Positions 48,984 through 59,813 are shown, counted from the stretch's first letter. The stretch is DNA of 64,000 bases from Flavobacteriales bacterium (GCA_040383485.1 JBEIDK010000001.1:5952-69951), one strand, 5' to 3'. Translations and numbers: made by a program. The notes: generated from the sequence alone by a model not told the origin.

Positions 48984-50489
48984 ATGTCATTTATTAATTC
49001 CATTGCTTCTTGGTTGATTAAAAAGAGAATGCATGATATTGAGCTATTTTTAAAATACCCACATGAAGTTCAAAAAGATGTATTAAAAAAACTTATTAAA
49101 CAAGGTTCAAATACCAACTGGGGTAAATTATATGGCTACAATCAAATTTAAGTTATAAACGACTATAAAAACAATGTTCCTTTACAAGATTATGAAACCT
49201 TAAAGCCTTTTATAGAAAGACAAAGAAAGGGAGAACAAAATTTACTTTGGTATTCCGACATCAAATGGTTTGCTAAGTCATCAGGAACTACCTCCGATAA
49301 AAGTAAATTTATACCTGTAAGTCAAGATTCATTAGAAGAGTGTCATTTTAAAGGCGGTAAAGATATGTTGGCTATTTATTGCAATAATAATTTAGAAACG
49401 AATTTATTTTCTGGTAAATCTTTGTCCCTTAGTGGTAGTAGACAATTAGACAACTTAGAAAACGACATTTATAGTGGAGATGTTTCAGCAATAATTCTAT
49501 ATAATTTACCTCTTTTAGCTGAGTTTGCGCGAACACCAAGCGTTGAAACAGCATTAATGCAAGGCTGGGAGTCTAAAATTGAAAAAATTGCAAAAGAAAC
49601 TATTAATGAAGACGTTACAAGTATAGCAGGCGTTCCTTCATGGATGATAGTATTACTTGAATATATACTCAAAAAAACAAAAACTAATAATATTTTAGAA
49701 GTTTGGCCTAACCTAGAAGTATACTTTCATGGAGGAATAAGTATTAACCCTTATAAAAAAAAGTTTAATAAAATTATTCCAAATTCTAAGTTTAGTTTTT
49801 TAGAAACTTATAACGCATCCGAAGGTTTTTTTGGTATTCAAGACAATCAGAATGATTCAAGCATGTTGTTGATGTTAGATTATGGAATTTATTATGAATT
49901 TTTGCCTTTAGATTCTGCAACAAATAATACAATACAACTAGAAGATGTCAAAGTTGGAGACGTGTATTCACTTGTAATAACAACCAATTCTGGGTTGTGG
50001 CGTTATCAAATTGGTGATACCATTGCTTTTACGTCAGTTAATCCTTATCGCTTTATAATTGTTGGTCGTACCAAAAGTTTTATTAACGCATTTGGCGAGG
50101 AACTTATGGTTCATAATACTGATAAAGCACTAGAAATTATTAGTAAAGAATTTAATATCAATATCATAGATTATACAGTTGGGCCTATATTTTATGAAAA
50201 TGGAACTGGTGCTCATGAGTGGTTAATTGAATTTGAAAATGAACCCCATGATTTATCTTATTTTATATCAAGATTAGATTCAACTATTAAAGGCTTAAAT
50301 AGTGATTATGAGGCTAAAAGGAGTTCAAATTTGTTACTATTATTACCTGTCGTGAAAATTTTACCTCGTGGAACATTCTACCAATGGTTAAAGGTTAAGA
50401 ATAAGTTAGGTGGTCAATTTAAAGTACCGAGATTGAATAATACAAGAGTCTTAATAGATGAAATATATAATATAATACTGAATCATTAA
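48984..50489 (+). pseudogene. GH3-family (acyl-adenylate-forming, JAR1-like) protein gene interrupted by an in-frame TAA
   Basis: ATG 48984 gives 55 aa (MSFINSIASWLIKKRMHDIELFLKYPHEVQKDVLKKLIKQGSNTNWGKLYGYNQI), then TAA at 49149-49151. The same frame continues VINDYKNNVPLQDYETLKPFIERQRKGEQNLLWYSDIKWFAKSSGTTSDKSKFIPVS into the 374-aa track ORF (49365..50489). Confidence 0.75.
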
Positions 50490-50850
50490 ATGCATTTACC
50501 ATTTTTTTGATTGCAAAAAAAAACGACAATTAACATTATTAGAAAACCAACCAAACAAATCCTCTGAAAATTGACACTTCAAAAAATAACGATTGTAACA
50601 ATTGGAAAATACAGGAAATGAAATATCTTACTGAATTAATTTAAGTTCAAAGATATTAATGGCTGTCTAATCCGATTATATGAAATCTTATTCACAGTAA
50701 TAATAAAGGAATATTCGAAACCATGCAATTAACCAATTAAGGGAAACTACAACCTCTAAAGCTTAATTATTTGCAGATAACAATACCTAGTAAATGTCAT
50801 AAAAATAGGAGAAAATATTAAAGGTATAATTGTCGTTAATGCTTTCATAT

Positions 50851-52413
50851 TCATGTTTCAGATTTAAAATTAAATGAAAGAAGGCATATTAAAAAAGAGA
50901 AAAGTACTGCTCCCGTTGACGTTTCAAGTGTATCTTCATTCATAAATGATAAGATTATTATTGATAAGAAAATTTGCAAATAAAAATTAGCCTTATTATT
51001 AACATATATTTGATACAAAAAGTAAGTAAAAATAATCAGTCCGAGAATACCGAATGTAGCAGCAAAACTTAAAAATTGATTATGCGCCCTTAGCCTATAA
51101 TTTTCTTGAAGTATTGTTTTATCTATTTCATATTGCTTTAAAAACGCATCGTTAATATCTCCGGTACCTACGCCAATAATTGGAGCGGATTTAATAATAT
51201 TAATTGCAGTACTCCAAAATTGAAATCTCATATAAACGGAATGGCCGCTGGCGTCTCCGTTGTTTTTAAATATTTCATATTCATAAAATAAGTCATTCAA
51301 TCTTTTTTTAATTCCAAGCTTTGAAAATTTATAATTTGTTACTCCATTCTCAATATTTTTAACATCAACTTCTGTTAGTTTACTAACTCCAACAGAGTCT
51401 TTTCTTAATCCTAATGAAGTTAAATATCTGAACATGGTATATTGTAAATCTTGACCACGCAAATCTTTCATTTGAGGTTCAATTTTACTTTTATGTCTCC
51501 AACTTTTTTTACATTCTTCCCAATTTTGATATAGCCCCACATAATTGCCATTTTCTGTAGCTTTATCTTCAATATGATGCTCATAATAATTACCTAAAAT
51601 AGTTTTTGCCTCTAGCTTATTTATATCAATTGGGTATATGTAACAAAACTGAGAATATAATTTTCTAATTTCTAAAATTGAGAAGAATGAAACTAGAAAT
51701 ATAGAACTGAATGAAACAATTTTTACCAATCTTGATTTGTTGTATAATGAAAAGTAAATGAGAAGAAAAATAAAAACTATAAATAAAATTACAATGCCAG
51801 TTCCAGATTCAATAATAAATAAAAAAGAAATCAACCAAGCAATTGCAGCAATTACAAGTAGTTTTTTAATGTTTGATATATTATTTTTTACCAAATAATA
51901 ACCGCAGAAAAAAATACTGATGCAAACCATTAATGACAATCTAATATGAGAAATTAAGATAGAAGATTGCCTAATGTCTCTAACTTCAATATCTGTTAAT
52001 CCCAATAGAATTAACAAACTTACTAAGGTTGAAACTAAAGTTGAAAGAATAAAAAGCCAAATAAGTAAATTAAATTGTTTGATTGATAAATTATCAAAAC
52101 TGGAGAGAATAAATGGTAGTATTAATATGGGCAATTTTATTCTCAAATCATTTAGGGCATAATTAAAATTATTAGTATAAATCAACCCAAAAAGATGTAA
52201 AAAATAAATTGAACTAAGTGCTACAGCTGTTTTATTAGTAAGAAATTTTTGAATTGAACTTTTATAATCACCTTTCCATAGCCAAGCTATAACTAGACCA
52301 AACTGAGAAATACTGATTAAGAATATAGATGTTGGCAGTGCCACACACATTATAAGCAATGATAAAAATTCTAGTTCTTTCGGACCTAATTTTTTAAACT
52401 CTTCAAATGTCAT
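50851..52413 (-). CDS. O-antigen ligase/polymerase (Wzy_C domain) family membrane protein
   Basis: About 10 or more TM segments, a large soluble loop, and RAHNQFLSFAATFGILGLIIF in the Wzy_C-type region. Confidence 0.6.
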   Translation of the reverse strand: MTFEEFKKLGPKELEFLSLLIMCVALPTSIFLISISQFGLVIAWLWKGDYKSSIQKFLTNKTAVALSSIYFLHLFGLIYTNNFNYALNDLRIKLPILILPFILSSFDNLSIKQFNLLIWLFILSTLVSTLVSLLILLGLTDIEVRDIRQSSILISHIRLSLMVCISIFFCGYYLVKNNISNIKKLLVIAAIAWLISFLFIIESGTGIVILFIVFIFLLIYFSLYNKSRLVKIVSFSSIFLVSFFSILEIRKLYSQFCYIYPIDINKLEAKTILGNYYEHHIEDKATENGNYVGLYQNWEECKKSWRHKSKIEPQMKDLRGQDLQYTMFRYLTSLGLRKDSVGVSKLTEVDVKNIENGVTNYKFSKLGIKKRLNDLFYEYEIFKNNGDASGHSVYMRFQFWSTAINIIKSAPIIGVGTGDINDAFLKQYEIDKTILQENYRLRAHNQFLSFAATFGILGLIIFTYFLYQIYVNNKANFYLQIFLSIIILSFMNEDTLETSTGAVLFSFLICLLSFNFKSET

Positions 52414-52557
52414 AAGTTATAAACGCAAATAAGGTAAAATTATTGATATAAATTATTGGTATCTTTAAGTGCTAACGATTTAAAATACTTCATTCATACT
52501 AACAATAATTCCATTTGATTTTCGTTAAGGATAGATATCCTAATTAAGCAAATAAAA

Positions 52558-53277
52558 ATGAGAATAATAAACCTTATAATCTTAACTAGTTCTATTTTGA
52601 ATACAAATATATTGCATGCACAAAACCCGAATTTAAATTATAAGTATGCTCTAAAAATTAGCAACTTAAGCAGCTACAAATCCAACTTTACAGCTTTGGG
52701 CAGAAGCTCAGTAGGCAATGGCAAAACTTTACAGGTTTTACAACCGCTAATAACTTTGCAGCGAAAAATCAAAAATAACAATTTAGTAGAAATTGAATTG
52801 TCCACTTTAAATATTAACAGTAACAGAGGTAGTTTTTACGTTTATAATGATAGTCCTCCATATAATACAAGTAAAGTACCATTATATAAACAACGAAACA
52901 CGAACATATCAATGCGTGCTGAATATATTTTTGTTTATGGAAAAATTAAAGATAAAAGATTAGTTTCTAATGTTGGAGTTGGCATAATGCCTGGTTATAA
53001 TAAGATGAACTACATTTCAGCTAATCCTTTGTCATATTCTAATTCTAAAACCACAATTAGTTGTAGTGTTTACATTTCTCCAAGATTAACATACTTCGTA
53101 AAATCAAATTACTTTATAGATTTTAACATTCCCTTAAACATAATTGAGTTTAGTTTAAAAAATTCTTTTAATTCTAATCCAAAATTGGATTTAAATAATA
53201 GAAAAACTAGTACGTTTAATTTTGATGGACTTACAACATCTATAGGCTTTCGTTTAGGCTTTGGAATAAAGCTATAA
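52558..53277 (+). CDS. Hypothetical outer-membrane beta-barrel-like protein
   Basis: Signal peptide (ILTSSILNTNILHAQ), alternating-hydrophobicity strands, C-terminal GFRLGFGIKL. No family recognised. Confidence 0.35.
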   Translation: MRIINLIILTSSILNTNILHAQNPNLNYKYALKISNLSSYKSNFTALGRSSVGNGKTLQVLQPLITLQRKIKNNNLVEIELSTLNINSNRGSFYVYNDSPPYNTSKVPLYKQRNTNISMRAEYIFVYGKIKDKRLVSNVGVGIMPGYNKMNYISANPLSYSNSKTTISCSVYISPRLTYFVKSNYFIDFNIPLNIIEFSLKNSFNSNPKLDLNNRKTSTFNFDGLTTSIGFRLGFGIKL

Positions 53278-53286
53278 ATAATTTAT

Positions 53287-53934
53287 TTAGTTATCTAAGC
53301 CGCCTTTTAAAACCCAATTTTCAATCTTAGAAACACTGCATGCATCTAATTGATATGATGGAGGCATTGCAATAAAACTTCCAGAATGTTTGACAGAGCC
53401 AAGCAATTTATTATTTGCAATTGTATTGAAAACTCCTGTATAATTTGACAAATCAATACTACCCGACTGATTATTTGAATTATGACAGCCAACACAATTA
53501 TTCGATATTATTGGTTTAATGTCTTTTGCAAAACTACTTGCAGAAGTGTCACAACCATTGCCACCACAATTTGTTGTGTAAGGCGCACCAATATTAATCC
53601 AATATTTTATTGTACTCAACTCTTCTCTAGTTAGTTTATCTGCCCTGTTTGGAGGCATAGAAGGATTTAAACCATCACAATTATTATAAACTGCACTTTG
53701 CAACGGATGCTTTGATTTTACACCTTTCATTATTCCTTCATAGTTGGTTAGGTTATAACCGTGGTTTTTACCATTGGAACTGTGGCAACCATTCATTCCA
53801 CATCTTGAAACGAATAATGGTAATATATCTTTTTGAAAGCAAGGCTCAGTTACAACAACATTTTTTGTACATGTTATAAATTGAGATGATATTAAGAGTA
53901 CAAAAAAAATAATAAAATAGAATTTTGTTTTCAT
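53287..53934 (-). CDS. Putative lipoprotein with two cytochrome-c-type heme motifs (CX4CH and CxxCH)
   Basis: Lipobox-like LISSQFITC. Two internal repeats: DILPLFVSRCGMNGCHSS...GYNLTNYEGI and DIKPIISNNCVGCHNS...GSIDLSNYTGV, resembling Planctomycete-type cytochrome c (PSCyt1-like) domains. Confidence 0.55.
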   Translation of the reverse strand: MKTKFYFIIFFVLLISSQFITCTKNVVVTEPCFQKDILPLFVSRCGMNGCHSSNGKNHGYNLTNYEGIMKGVKSKHPLQSAVYNNCDGLNPSMPPNRADKLTREELSTIKYWINIGAPYTTNCGGNGCDTSASSFAKDIKPIISNNCVGCHNSNNQSGSIDLSNYTGVFNTIANNKLLGSVKHSGSFIAMPPSYQLDACSVSKIENWVLKGGLDN

Positions 53935-53976
53935 TTTAATTAGTTAAAGGAGTTAAACATTTATTTTTTAATAAAT

Positions 53977-54813
53977 CTATTTTTTTATAATCACTTTATT
54001 TAAAGTGGTATTGTTTTGTGAAATTGTTCTAATAAAATAAATACCATTTACGATATTGTTATTAATTTCAATTTTATTTACAGAATTTGTATTTGAATTA
54101 ATGTTTTCTTCTTGAACAATTTTGCCAGAAAAGTCTATAATTTGTAGATAAATCTTTTCTTGTTTTAGGTTACCAAAATCAATATAAAACTCATTAGAAA
54201 TTGGACTTGGATAAATAGAAAGTTCAGGTTGTGCTGTATTCTTTTTTACTGCAGTAGTATTAACTGCAGTAATTACTTGACTTCCATTTACAGCAAAGTC
54301 ACCAGCCCCACTACCACCATTTGCATTGGCAGCAATTGCGGCATAGTAAAAAGTTATGTTTCCAGAAGCTGATGTTGGCGCAATCCAATCGAAGTTAAAG
54401 GTTTTAGAATTTGGAGATGCGCCCCCACCTAATTGATGTACGACGTTTATGCGCGAAACGCCAGACACTGTTTGATTTTTTATTTGAGTTTCTAAAGAAT
54501 TAGTAATTACCAATGTTCCCGCATTTTGGTTTGTAGAAGTTAATGCTTCAACTCCTAAACCAAACAAATTTATACCTTGTTTTGAAACAGTTACACTCAT
54601 ATTATAAGTTGTTCCCGGAATGTATTCCCAATTTGGCATATTACCACAAGAAATTATGACCGATGTTGAAGCATCTGTTGACGTATGACAACCTGAACAT
54701 GTAGTTTCTCCCGGAGAACCAGTTTTCCCTGCCTTACCATTATTACTTAGAATTTCAGCTATAGCTAAAGTAACTAATGTTAAAGCAGAAACCAATAAAA
54801 ATATTCTTTTCAT
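53977..54813 (-). CDS. Secreted CxxCH-motif protein with T9SS C-terminal sorting domain
   Basis: Signal peptide, then GKTGSPGETTCSGCHTS, a beta-rich body, and C-terminus LSIYPSPISNEFYIDF...GIYFIRTISQNNTTLNKVIIKK. Confidence 0.55.
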   Translation of the reverse strand: MKRIFLLVSALTLVTLAIAEILSNNGKAGKTGSPGETTCSGCHTSTDASTSVIISCGNMPNWEYIPGTTYNMSVTVSKQGINLFGLGVEALTSTNQNAGTLVITNSLETQIKNQTVSGVSRINVVHQLGGGASPNSKTFNFDWIAPTSASGNITFYYAAIAANANGGSGAGDFAVNGSQVITAVNTTAVKKNTAQPELSIYPSPISNEFYIDFGNLKQEKIYLQIIDFSGKIVQEENINSNTNSVNKIEINNNIVNGIYFIRTISQNNTTLNKVIIKK

Positions 54814-54992
54814 TTATAATTTATTTAATGTTGTAACATTAGTTTTAATTTTATTTACTTCAAAATTGTTTAACGAATAGTATTGTTAAAAAATCTGACA
54901 ATTACCCTAATTTTTGTTTTAGGTTTTATTCAGAGAATTAGAAATCAAATAAAAAAATAACTTAGGTTTGCTAAAATTCTAATTAATTCAAA

Positions 54993-55484
54993 GTGATACA
55001 AAGAGTTCAATCCGTTTTTTTAGCTTTAGTAGCTATTTGTATGTTAGCGCTATATTTTACTTCTATAGTAACAGTCACATACCAAAATAAAAAATTCATT
55101 TTTTCTATTTTTGGTTTAAATGAACAAGGAAGTGAAAATTTAAACTTTTTATTATTTCCTACATTCCTTTTTGGTTTAACGACTACAATTGTTTTATTAT
55201 CCTTCTATTGTATTACCGCATTTAAAAATAGGATAAATCAAATGAAATTTGTCCGACTAAACACATTGCTCATATTAATTTTTATAGTTGTAGATGTATT
55301 GGCATACGATAAAATATTTGATATAATTCTTGCTACAAATAAAAATTTCAGCAGAGACTCAAGTTTAGTTACTTATTTATTCGGAAGCGTTACTCCTGTT
55401 TTTGCATTAATTTTTAATATTTTGGCTTTCAGAGGAATCAAAAAAGACGAAGACTTAGTTCGTTCTGCAAATAGAATAAGATAG
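54993..55484 (+). CDS. DUF4293-like membrane protein
   Basis: GTG start. MIQRVQSVFLALVAICMLALYF plus four more TM segments matches my memory of DUF4293. Confidence 0.55.
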   Translation: MIQRVQSVFLALVAICMLALYFTSIVTVTYQNKKFIFSIFGLNEQGSENLNFLLFPTFLFGLTTTIVLLSFYCITAFKNRINQMKFVRLNTLLILIFIVVDVLAYDKIFDIILATNKNFSRDSSLVTYLFGSVTPVFALIFNILAFRGIKKDEDLVRSANRIR

Positions 55485-55515
55485 TGAAATTGAACCTAAA
55501 CAAATCCTTATTTAA

Positions 55516-56835
55516 TTGAAAGAGTTTGACAATATAACTGTCTTTACATCAAAAACATCTCCAAGGTTACGATATGTTTTTAAGTATATTCTAATAGATA
55601 TTATAGGATTTAAAGATGTTGTTTTTGAACAGGATAAATTAAAATTTATTACTTCTAAAGGCGCTAAAATTAATTACTCCTCCAACAAAATTAATGATGA
55701 GTTGTGGATTGCTCCACATTCTATTTTATTCGAAACTGGATTAAAAGACCAAGAAATAAGAGTAATTGATTGGAAAGACACTAAAGCATTTTTTGTTACC
55801 AATAAAAACGCAGATGTTCAATTTGATTTATTTGGGGCAACCTTTTTCCTAATTTCTCGATATGAGGAATATTTGCCATCTATTCATGATATACATGAAA
55901 GGTTTGATGCACATGAAAGTATTGCCTACAAAGAAAATTTTTTAAATCAGGCTGTAGTTAATAGGTGGGCTATTTTTTTGAATGAACTTTTGCTACATAA
56001 ATTTGAAACAATTCAATTACAAAAAAAAACATACAAATTTATAAATACAATAGATATAGATAATGCTTGGGCATATAAAAATAAAGGGTTATTCAGAACA
56101 ATTGGTGCATTTGCAAGGGACATTTATAAGTTAGATTGGGACAACTTTCTTGAACGATTATTAGTTCTTTTAGGTAGAAAAAAAGATGCTTATGATACTT
56201 ATAATTACATGCTTGAATTACAAAATAAATATAATATTCCAACTATTTATTTTTTTCTTTTCGGAGATTATGGAATAAACGATAAAAATATTTCCATTGA
56301 AAATAAAAAGTTTAGAAAATTAATAAAATCAATTGCTGACGAAGCTGAGGTAGGAATTCATCCTTCATATAATTCAAATAAATTTCCGAATAAGTTAGAC
56401 TCTGAAATTAAAAATTTAGGAAAAGTAATAAAGCGTGATGTCTATAAAAGCCGTCAACATTTTTTAAAGCTAACCTTTCCACAAACATACCAACGTTTAT
56501 TTGAGCATGATATTACTGATGAATATTCTATGGGCTATGCTTCTGAAATTGGCTTTAGAGCAGGCACATGTACACCTTTTTACTTCTATAATATCGATTT
56601 AGAAATTGAAACTAAGTTGCGTATACATCCTTTTCAAGTTATGGAAGCAACACTATTTTATTATATGAAATTAAACCCTGAGCAATCAATAATAGAAATT
56701 TCAAAAATTATTGAAGAAGCAAAAAAAGTTAATGGTACATTTGTTTCACTTTGGCATAATGAGACATTGTCAAATACAAAACAATGGCTTGGTTGGACAA
56801 AAGTGTATGAAGCTATGCTTTTGAAAGCGATATAA
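55516..56835 (+). CDS. Hypothetical protein, polysaccharide-deacetylase-like (weak)
   Basis: TTG start, 439 aa. GIHPSYNSN...SRQHFLKL resembles NodB-type deacetylase motifs. Assignment tentative. Confidence 0.35.
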   Translation: MKEFDNITVFTSKTSPRLRYVFKYILIDIIGFKDVVFEQDKLKFITSKGAKINYSSNKINDELWIAPHSILFETGLKDQEIRVIDWKDTKAFFVTNKNADVQFDLFGATFFLISRYEEYLPSIHDIHERFDAHESIAYKENFLNQAVVNRWAIFLNELLLHKFETIQLQKKTYKFINTIDIDNAWAYKNKGLFRTIGAFARDIYKLDWDNFLERLLVLLGRKKDAYDTYNYMLELQNKYNIPTIYFFLFGDYGINDKNISIENKKFRKLIKSIADEAEVGIHPSYNSNKFPNKLDSEIKNLGKVIKRDVYKSRQHFLKLTFPQTYQRLFEHDITDEYSMGYASEIGFRAGTCTPFYFYNIDLEIETKLRIHPFQVMEATLFYYMKLNPEQSIIEISKIIEEAKKVNGTFVSLWHNETLSNTKQWLGWTKVYEAMLLKAI

Positions 56836-56838
56836 TAA

Positions 56839-57978
56839 CTAAGCAGTTACTAAAAACATTTGAATTAATTTCTCAACAACTATATCAATTTCTTCAATTG
56901 TATTATTTCTTGAAAATGAAAATCTAATAGAAGGCCTATTCATATCAACTCCTATCCCTCTTAAAACATGTGAACCTTGATTGCTGCCGCTTGTACAGGC
57001 GCTTCCTGCAGAAACACAAATTCCGGCAATATCTAAATTAAACAATAGCATTTCGGCGTTTGGGGTTTCAGGAAATCGCACATTTAATACAGTATAAAGA
57101 GACTTTTCAGGAGTTGTTGCACTACCATTAAACTCAACTCCTGGTATATTCTTTTTTAATTTATCAATCATATATGATTTAACTTTCTGAACATGCACAT
57201 GATGTTGTTCCATATCCCGATAGGCAATTTCTAATGCTTTACCTAATCCAACAATACCATAAACATTTTCAGTTCCTCCTCTCATATTCCTTTCCTGTGA
57301 GCCCCCTTGAATCATTGGTGAAATTTTAATGTCGCTATTTAAATAAATAAAACCTACACCTTTGGGACCATGAAATTTATGAGCCGCACCAACACAATAG
57401 TGAAGCTTCAATGCTTTAACATCATGTATATAGTGCCCCATAGTTTGAACTGTATCTGAATGAAACAGAGCATTATATTTCTCACATAAATTACCAACTT
57501 CTTGAATAGGTAATAAATTACCAATTTCATTGTTTGCATGCATCAAACTTACCAAGCTTCTATCATTTGTTTTCAATAATTCTTCTAAATGCATCAAATC
57601 AATCATTCCATCAGCATCAGTTTTTACAATACTAAGTTTAATAAGTCCTTTTTTTTCTAAATTTTCCAGAGTGTGTAAAACAGCATGATGCTCAATTTTG
57701 CTTGTTATAGCGTGCTTAATTCCTAAATCATAAACACTTCCTGTAATAGCCATATTATCTGCTTCAGTTCCACCACTTGTAAAAAATATTTCACCAGGTT
57801 GTGCGTTTATAAGTTTAGCAATTGTCTTTCTAGCATTTTCAATAGCAGTCCTTGTCTTACGTCCCATCGAATGTATTGATGAAGGATTTCCGTAATGTTC
57901 TTGCATAATTGGAAGCATTGTACTTAATACTTCAGGGTCAAGGGCTGTAGTTGCAGCGTTATCTAAATAAATAGCCAT
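56839..57978 (-). CDS. Cysteine desulfurase, NifS/IscS-like
   Basis: IYLDNAATT, GAAHKFHGPKGVG (PLP Lys) and SAGSACTSG (active-site Cys). Confidence 0.85.
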   Translation of the reverse strand: MAIYLDNAATTALDPEVLSTMLPIMQEHYGNPSSIHSMGRKTRTAIENARKTIAKLINAQPGEIFFTSGGTEADNMAITGSVYDLGIKHAITSKIEHHAVLHTLENLEKKGLIKLSIVKTDADGMIDLMHLEELLKTNDRSLVSLMHANNEIGNLLPIQEVGNLCEKYNALFHSDTVQTMGHYIHDVKALKLHYCVGAAHKFHGPKGVGFIYLNSDIKISPMIQGGSQERNMRGGTENVYGIVGLGKALEIAYRDMEQHHVHVQKVKSYMIDKLKKNIPGVEFNGSATTPEKSLYTVLNVRFPETPNAEMLLFNLDIAGICVSAGSACTSGSNQGSHVLRGIGVDMNRPSIRFSFSRNNTIEEIDIVVEKLIQMFLVTA

Positions 57979-58463
57979 TTAAAAATATTTTCACAAATTT
58001 AGTTTAAAAAGAAAATATTACCAAGAAACTAGTTACTATCATATTTTAATCCCAGATTACGCGTTCGAGGTTGGTAGTGAAACGCTAAAGCCTAATAAAA
58101 TATGCACTTTTGCGAATAAATCATATTTAATATATGATGCATGAGAAAAAGTTGTAGACTTCATATTTTGAAGGGGTTTTGCGTTGTAATAGAATTTCTA
58201 ATGCATATTCTGGGTTAAATTGAAATTCAATAAAATATTTCAATCAATGTTTTATGATAAATGAATTGTAAAAAATATTAATAAAAATAATTAAGTGCTT
58301 TTTAAGCCTTTAAAACAGGCTTAGCTTGAGTTTAATAAAATTTAAGTGAATAAAAAGTTATTTAATTTTATTTTTACATATTAATTAACCCAATGTTGAA
58401 AAGAAATTACATAATTTAAAGCAACAATTGTGTAAAGATTTTTTCAATTAATATATTTGACAC

Positions 58464-59813
58464 ATGGAATTTAAGCCAACTGTAGCTTTTCATACTTTAG
58501 GTTGTAAACTCAACTTTTCAGAAACTTCTACTATTTCAAGAAAGTTTGTTAGTGAGGGTTATAATCGTGTCTCTTTTCCTGAAATTGCGGATGTTTATGT
58601 TATAAATACTTGCTCCGTAACTGAAAATGCTGACAAAGAATGCAAAAAAATAGTAAAAGATGCACTAAAAATAAATCCGGAAGCATTCGTTTGTGTTGTT
58701 GGTTGTTACGCACAGTTAAAACCTGAAGAAATTGCAAAAATAGATGGTGTAGATTTAGTGCTTGGTGCAACAGAAAAATTTAAATTAACCAATTATATTA
58801 CCAATTTCACAAAGAAAACTCATACCGAAATTCATAGTTGCGAAATTGAAGATGCCAACATATTTATAGATTCATACTCAATTGGAGATAGAACAAGGGC
58901 ATTTCTAAAAGTTCAGGATGGATGCGATTATACTTGTAGTTATTGCACCATTCCCCTTGCAAGAGGAATTAGCAGAAGTGATAAGTTAGAGAATGTAATC
59001 AAAAATGTTACTGAAATTACTGACAAAGGAGTTAAAGAAATTGTTTTGACAGGCGTTAATATTGGAGATTATGGTAAAGGCGAATTCGGGAATAAAAAAC
59101 ACCAGAACACTTTTCTTGAATTAATTACAGAACTTGACAAAATAAAAAAAGTTGAAAGGTTCCGAATTTCGTCTATTGAACCTAACCTTTTAAAAAATGA
59201 TATAATAGAATTTGTTGCAGATTCTAAAAAATTTGTTCCTCATTTTCATATTCCACTTCAAAGCGGAAGCAATGAAATTTTAAAAAAAATGAGAAGGAGA
59301 TATCTTAAAGAATTATATATTGAAAAAATTAAATTGATAAAAAAAATAATGCCGAATTGTTCTATAGGTGTTGATGTTATAGTTGGTTTTCCTGGAGAAA
59401 CTGACGAATTATTTCTTGAAACATACAATTTCCTAAATGAGCTAGATATTACATATTTACACGTTTTCACATATAGTGAGCGTGATAATACAGATGCTTT
59501 GTTGTTAGATAATATTGTGCCTAAAAATATAAGAAGTAAAAGAAATAAAATGCTAAGAATTTTATCAGCTAAAAAGCAAAATTTATTTTACGAGCAGAAT
59601 TTAGGAAAAATATTAGAAGTTTTATTTGAATCTGAAAACAAAAATGGAATGATACATGGCTTCACAAAAAATTATATAAAAGTAGCTGTAAAATATAGTA
59701 TTGATTTAGTTAACCAAATTCGAATGGTTAAATTAGAGCGTATATTAGACAATGGAAATGTTGCTGGAGAATTAATTAAAAAGAATGTTTTATCAGAAAT
59801 AAATAACTATTAA
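58464..59813 (+). CDS. mtaB: tRNA methylthiotransferase, MtaB-type radical SAM enzyme
   Basis: AFHTLGCKLNFSETS N-terminal UPF0004 cluster, radical SAM motif CDYTCSYCTIP, TRAM-like C-terminus. Confidence 0.8.
   Translation: MEFKPTVAFHTLGCKLNFSETSTISRKFVSEGYNRVSFPEIADVYVINTCSVTENADKECKKIVKDALKINPEAFVCVVGCYAQLKPEEIAKIDGVDLVLGATEKFKLTNYITNFTKKTHTEIHSCEIEDANIFIDSYSIGDRTRAFLKVQDGCDYTCSYCTIPLARGISRSDKLENVIKNVTEITDKGVKEIVLTGVNIGDYGKGEFGNKKHQNTFLELITELDKIKKVERFRISSIEPNLLKNDIIEFVADSKKFVPHFHIPLQSGSNEILKKMRRRYLKELYIEKIKLIKKIMPNCSIGVDVIVGFPGETDELFLETYNFLNELDITYLHVFTYSERDNTDALLLDNIVPKNIRSKRNKMLRILSAKKQNLFYEQNLGKILEVLFESENKNGMIHGFTKNYIKVAVKYSIDLVNQIRMVKLERILDNGNVAGELIKKNVLSEINNY

Noticed and set aside
50522-50837. 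11-bp inverted repeat (AACGACAATTA / TAATTGTCGTT) bracketing about 300 bp of non-coding DNA; considered as a MITE-like element
   Set aside because: The repeat is short and does not extend. There are no target-site duplications, no internal structure, and no second copy in the window.
57979-58463. 485-nt AT-rich divergent intergenic region between the NifS-like gene and mtaB; scanned for a small RNA, riboswitch or small ORF
   Set aside because: Only short hairpins were found (for example TAAGCCT/AGGCTTA near 58300) and ORFs of fewer than 10 codons. Nothing I can support without covariance-model searches.
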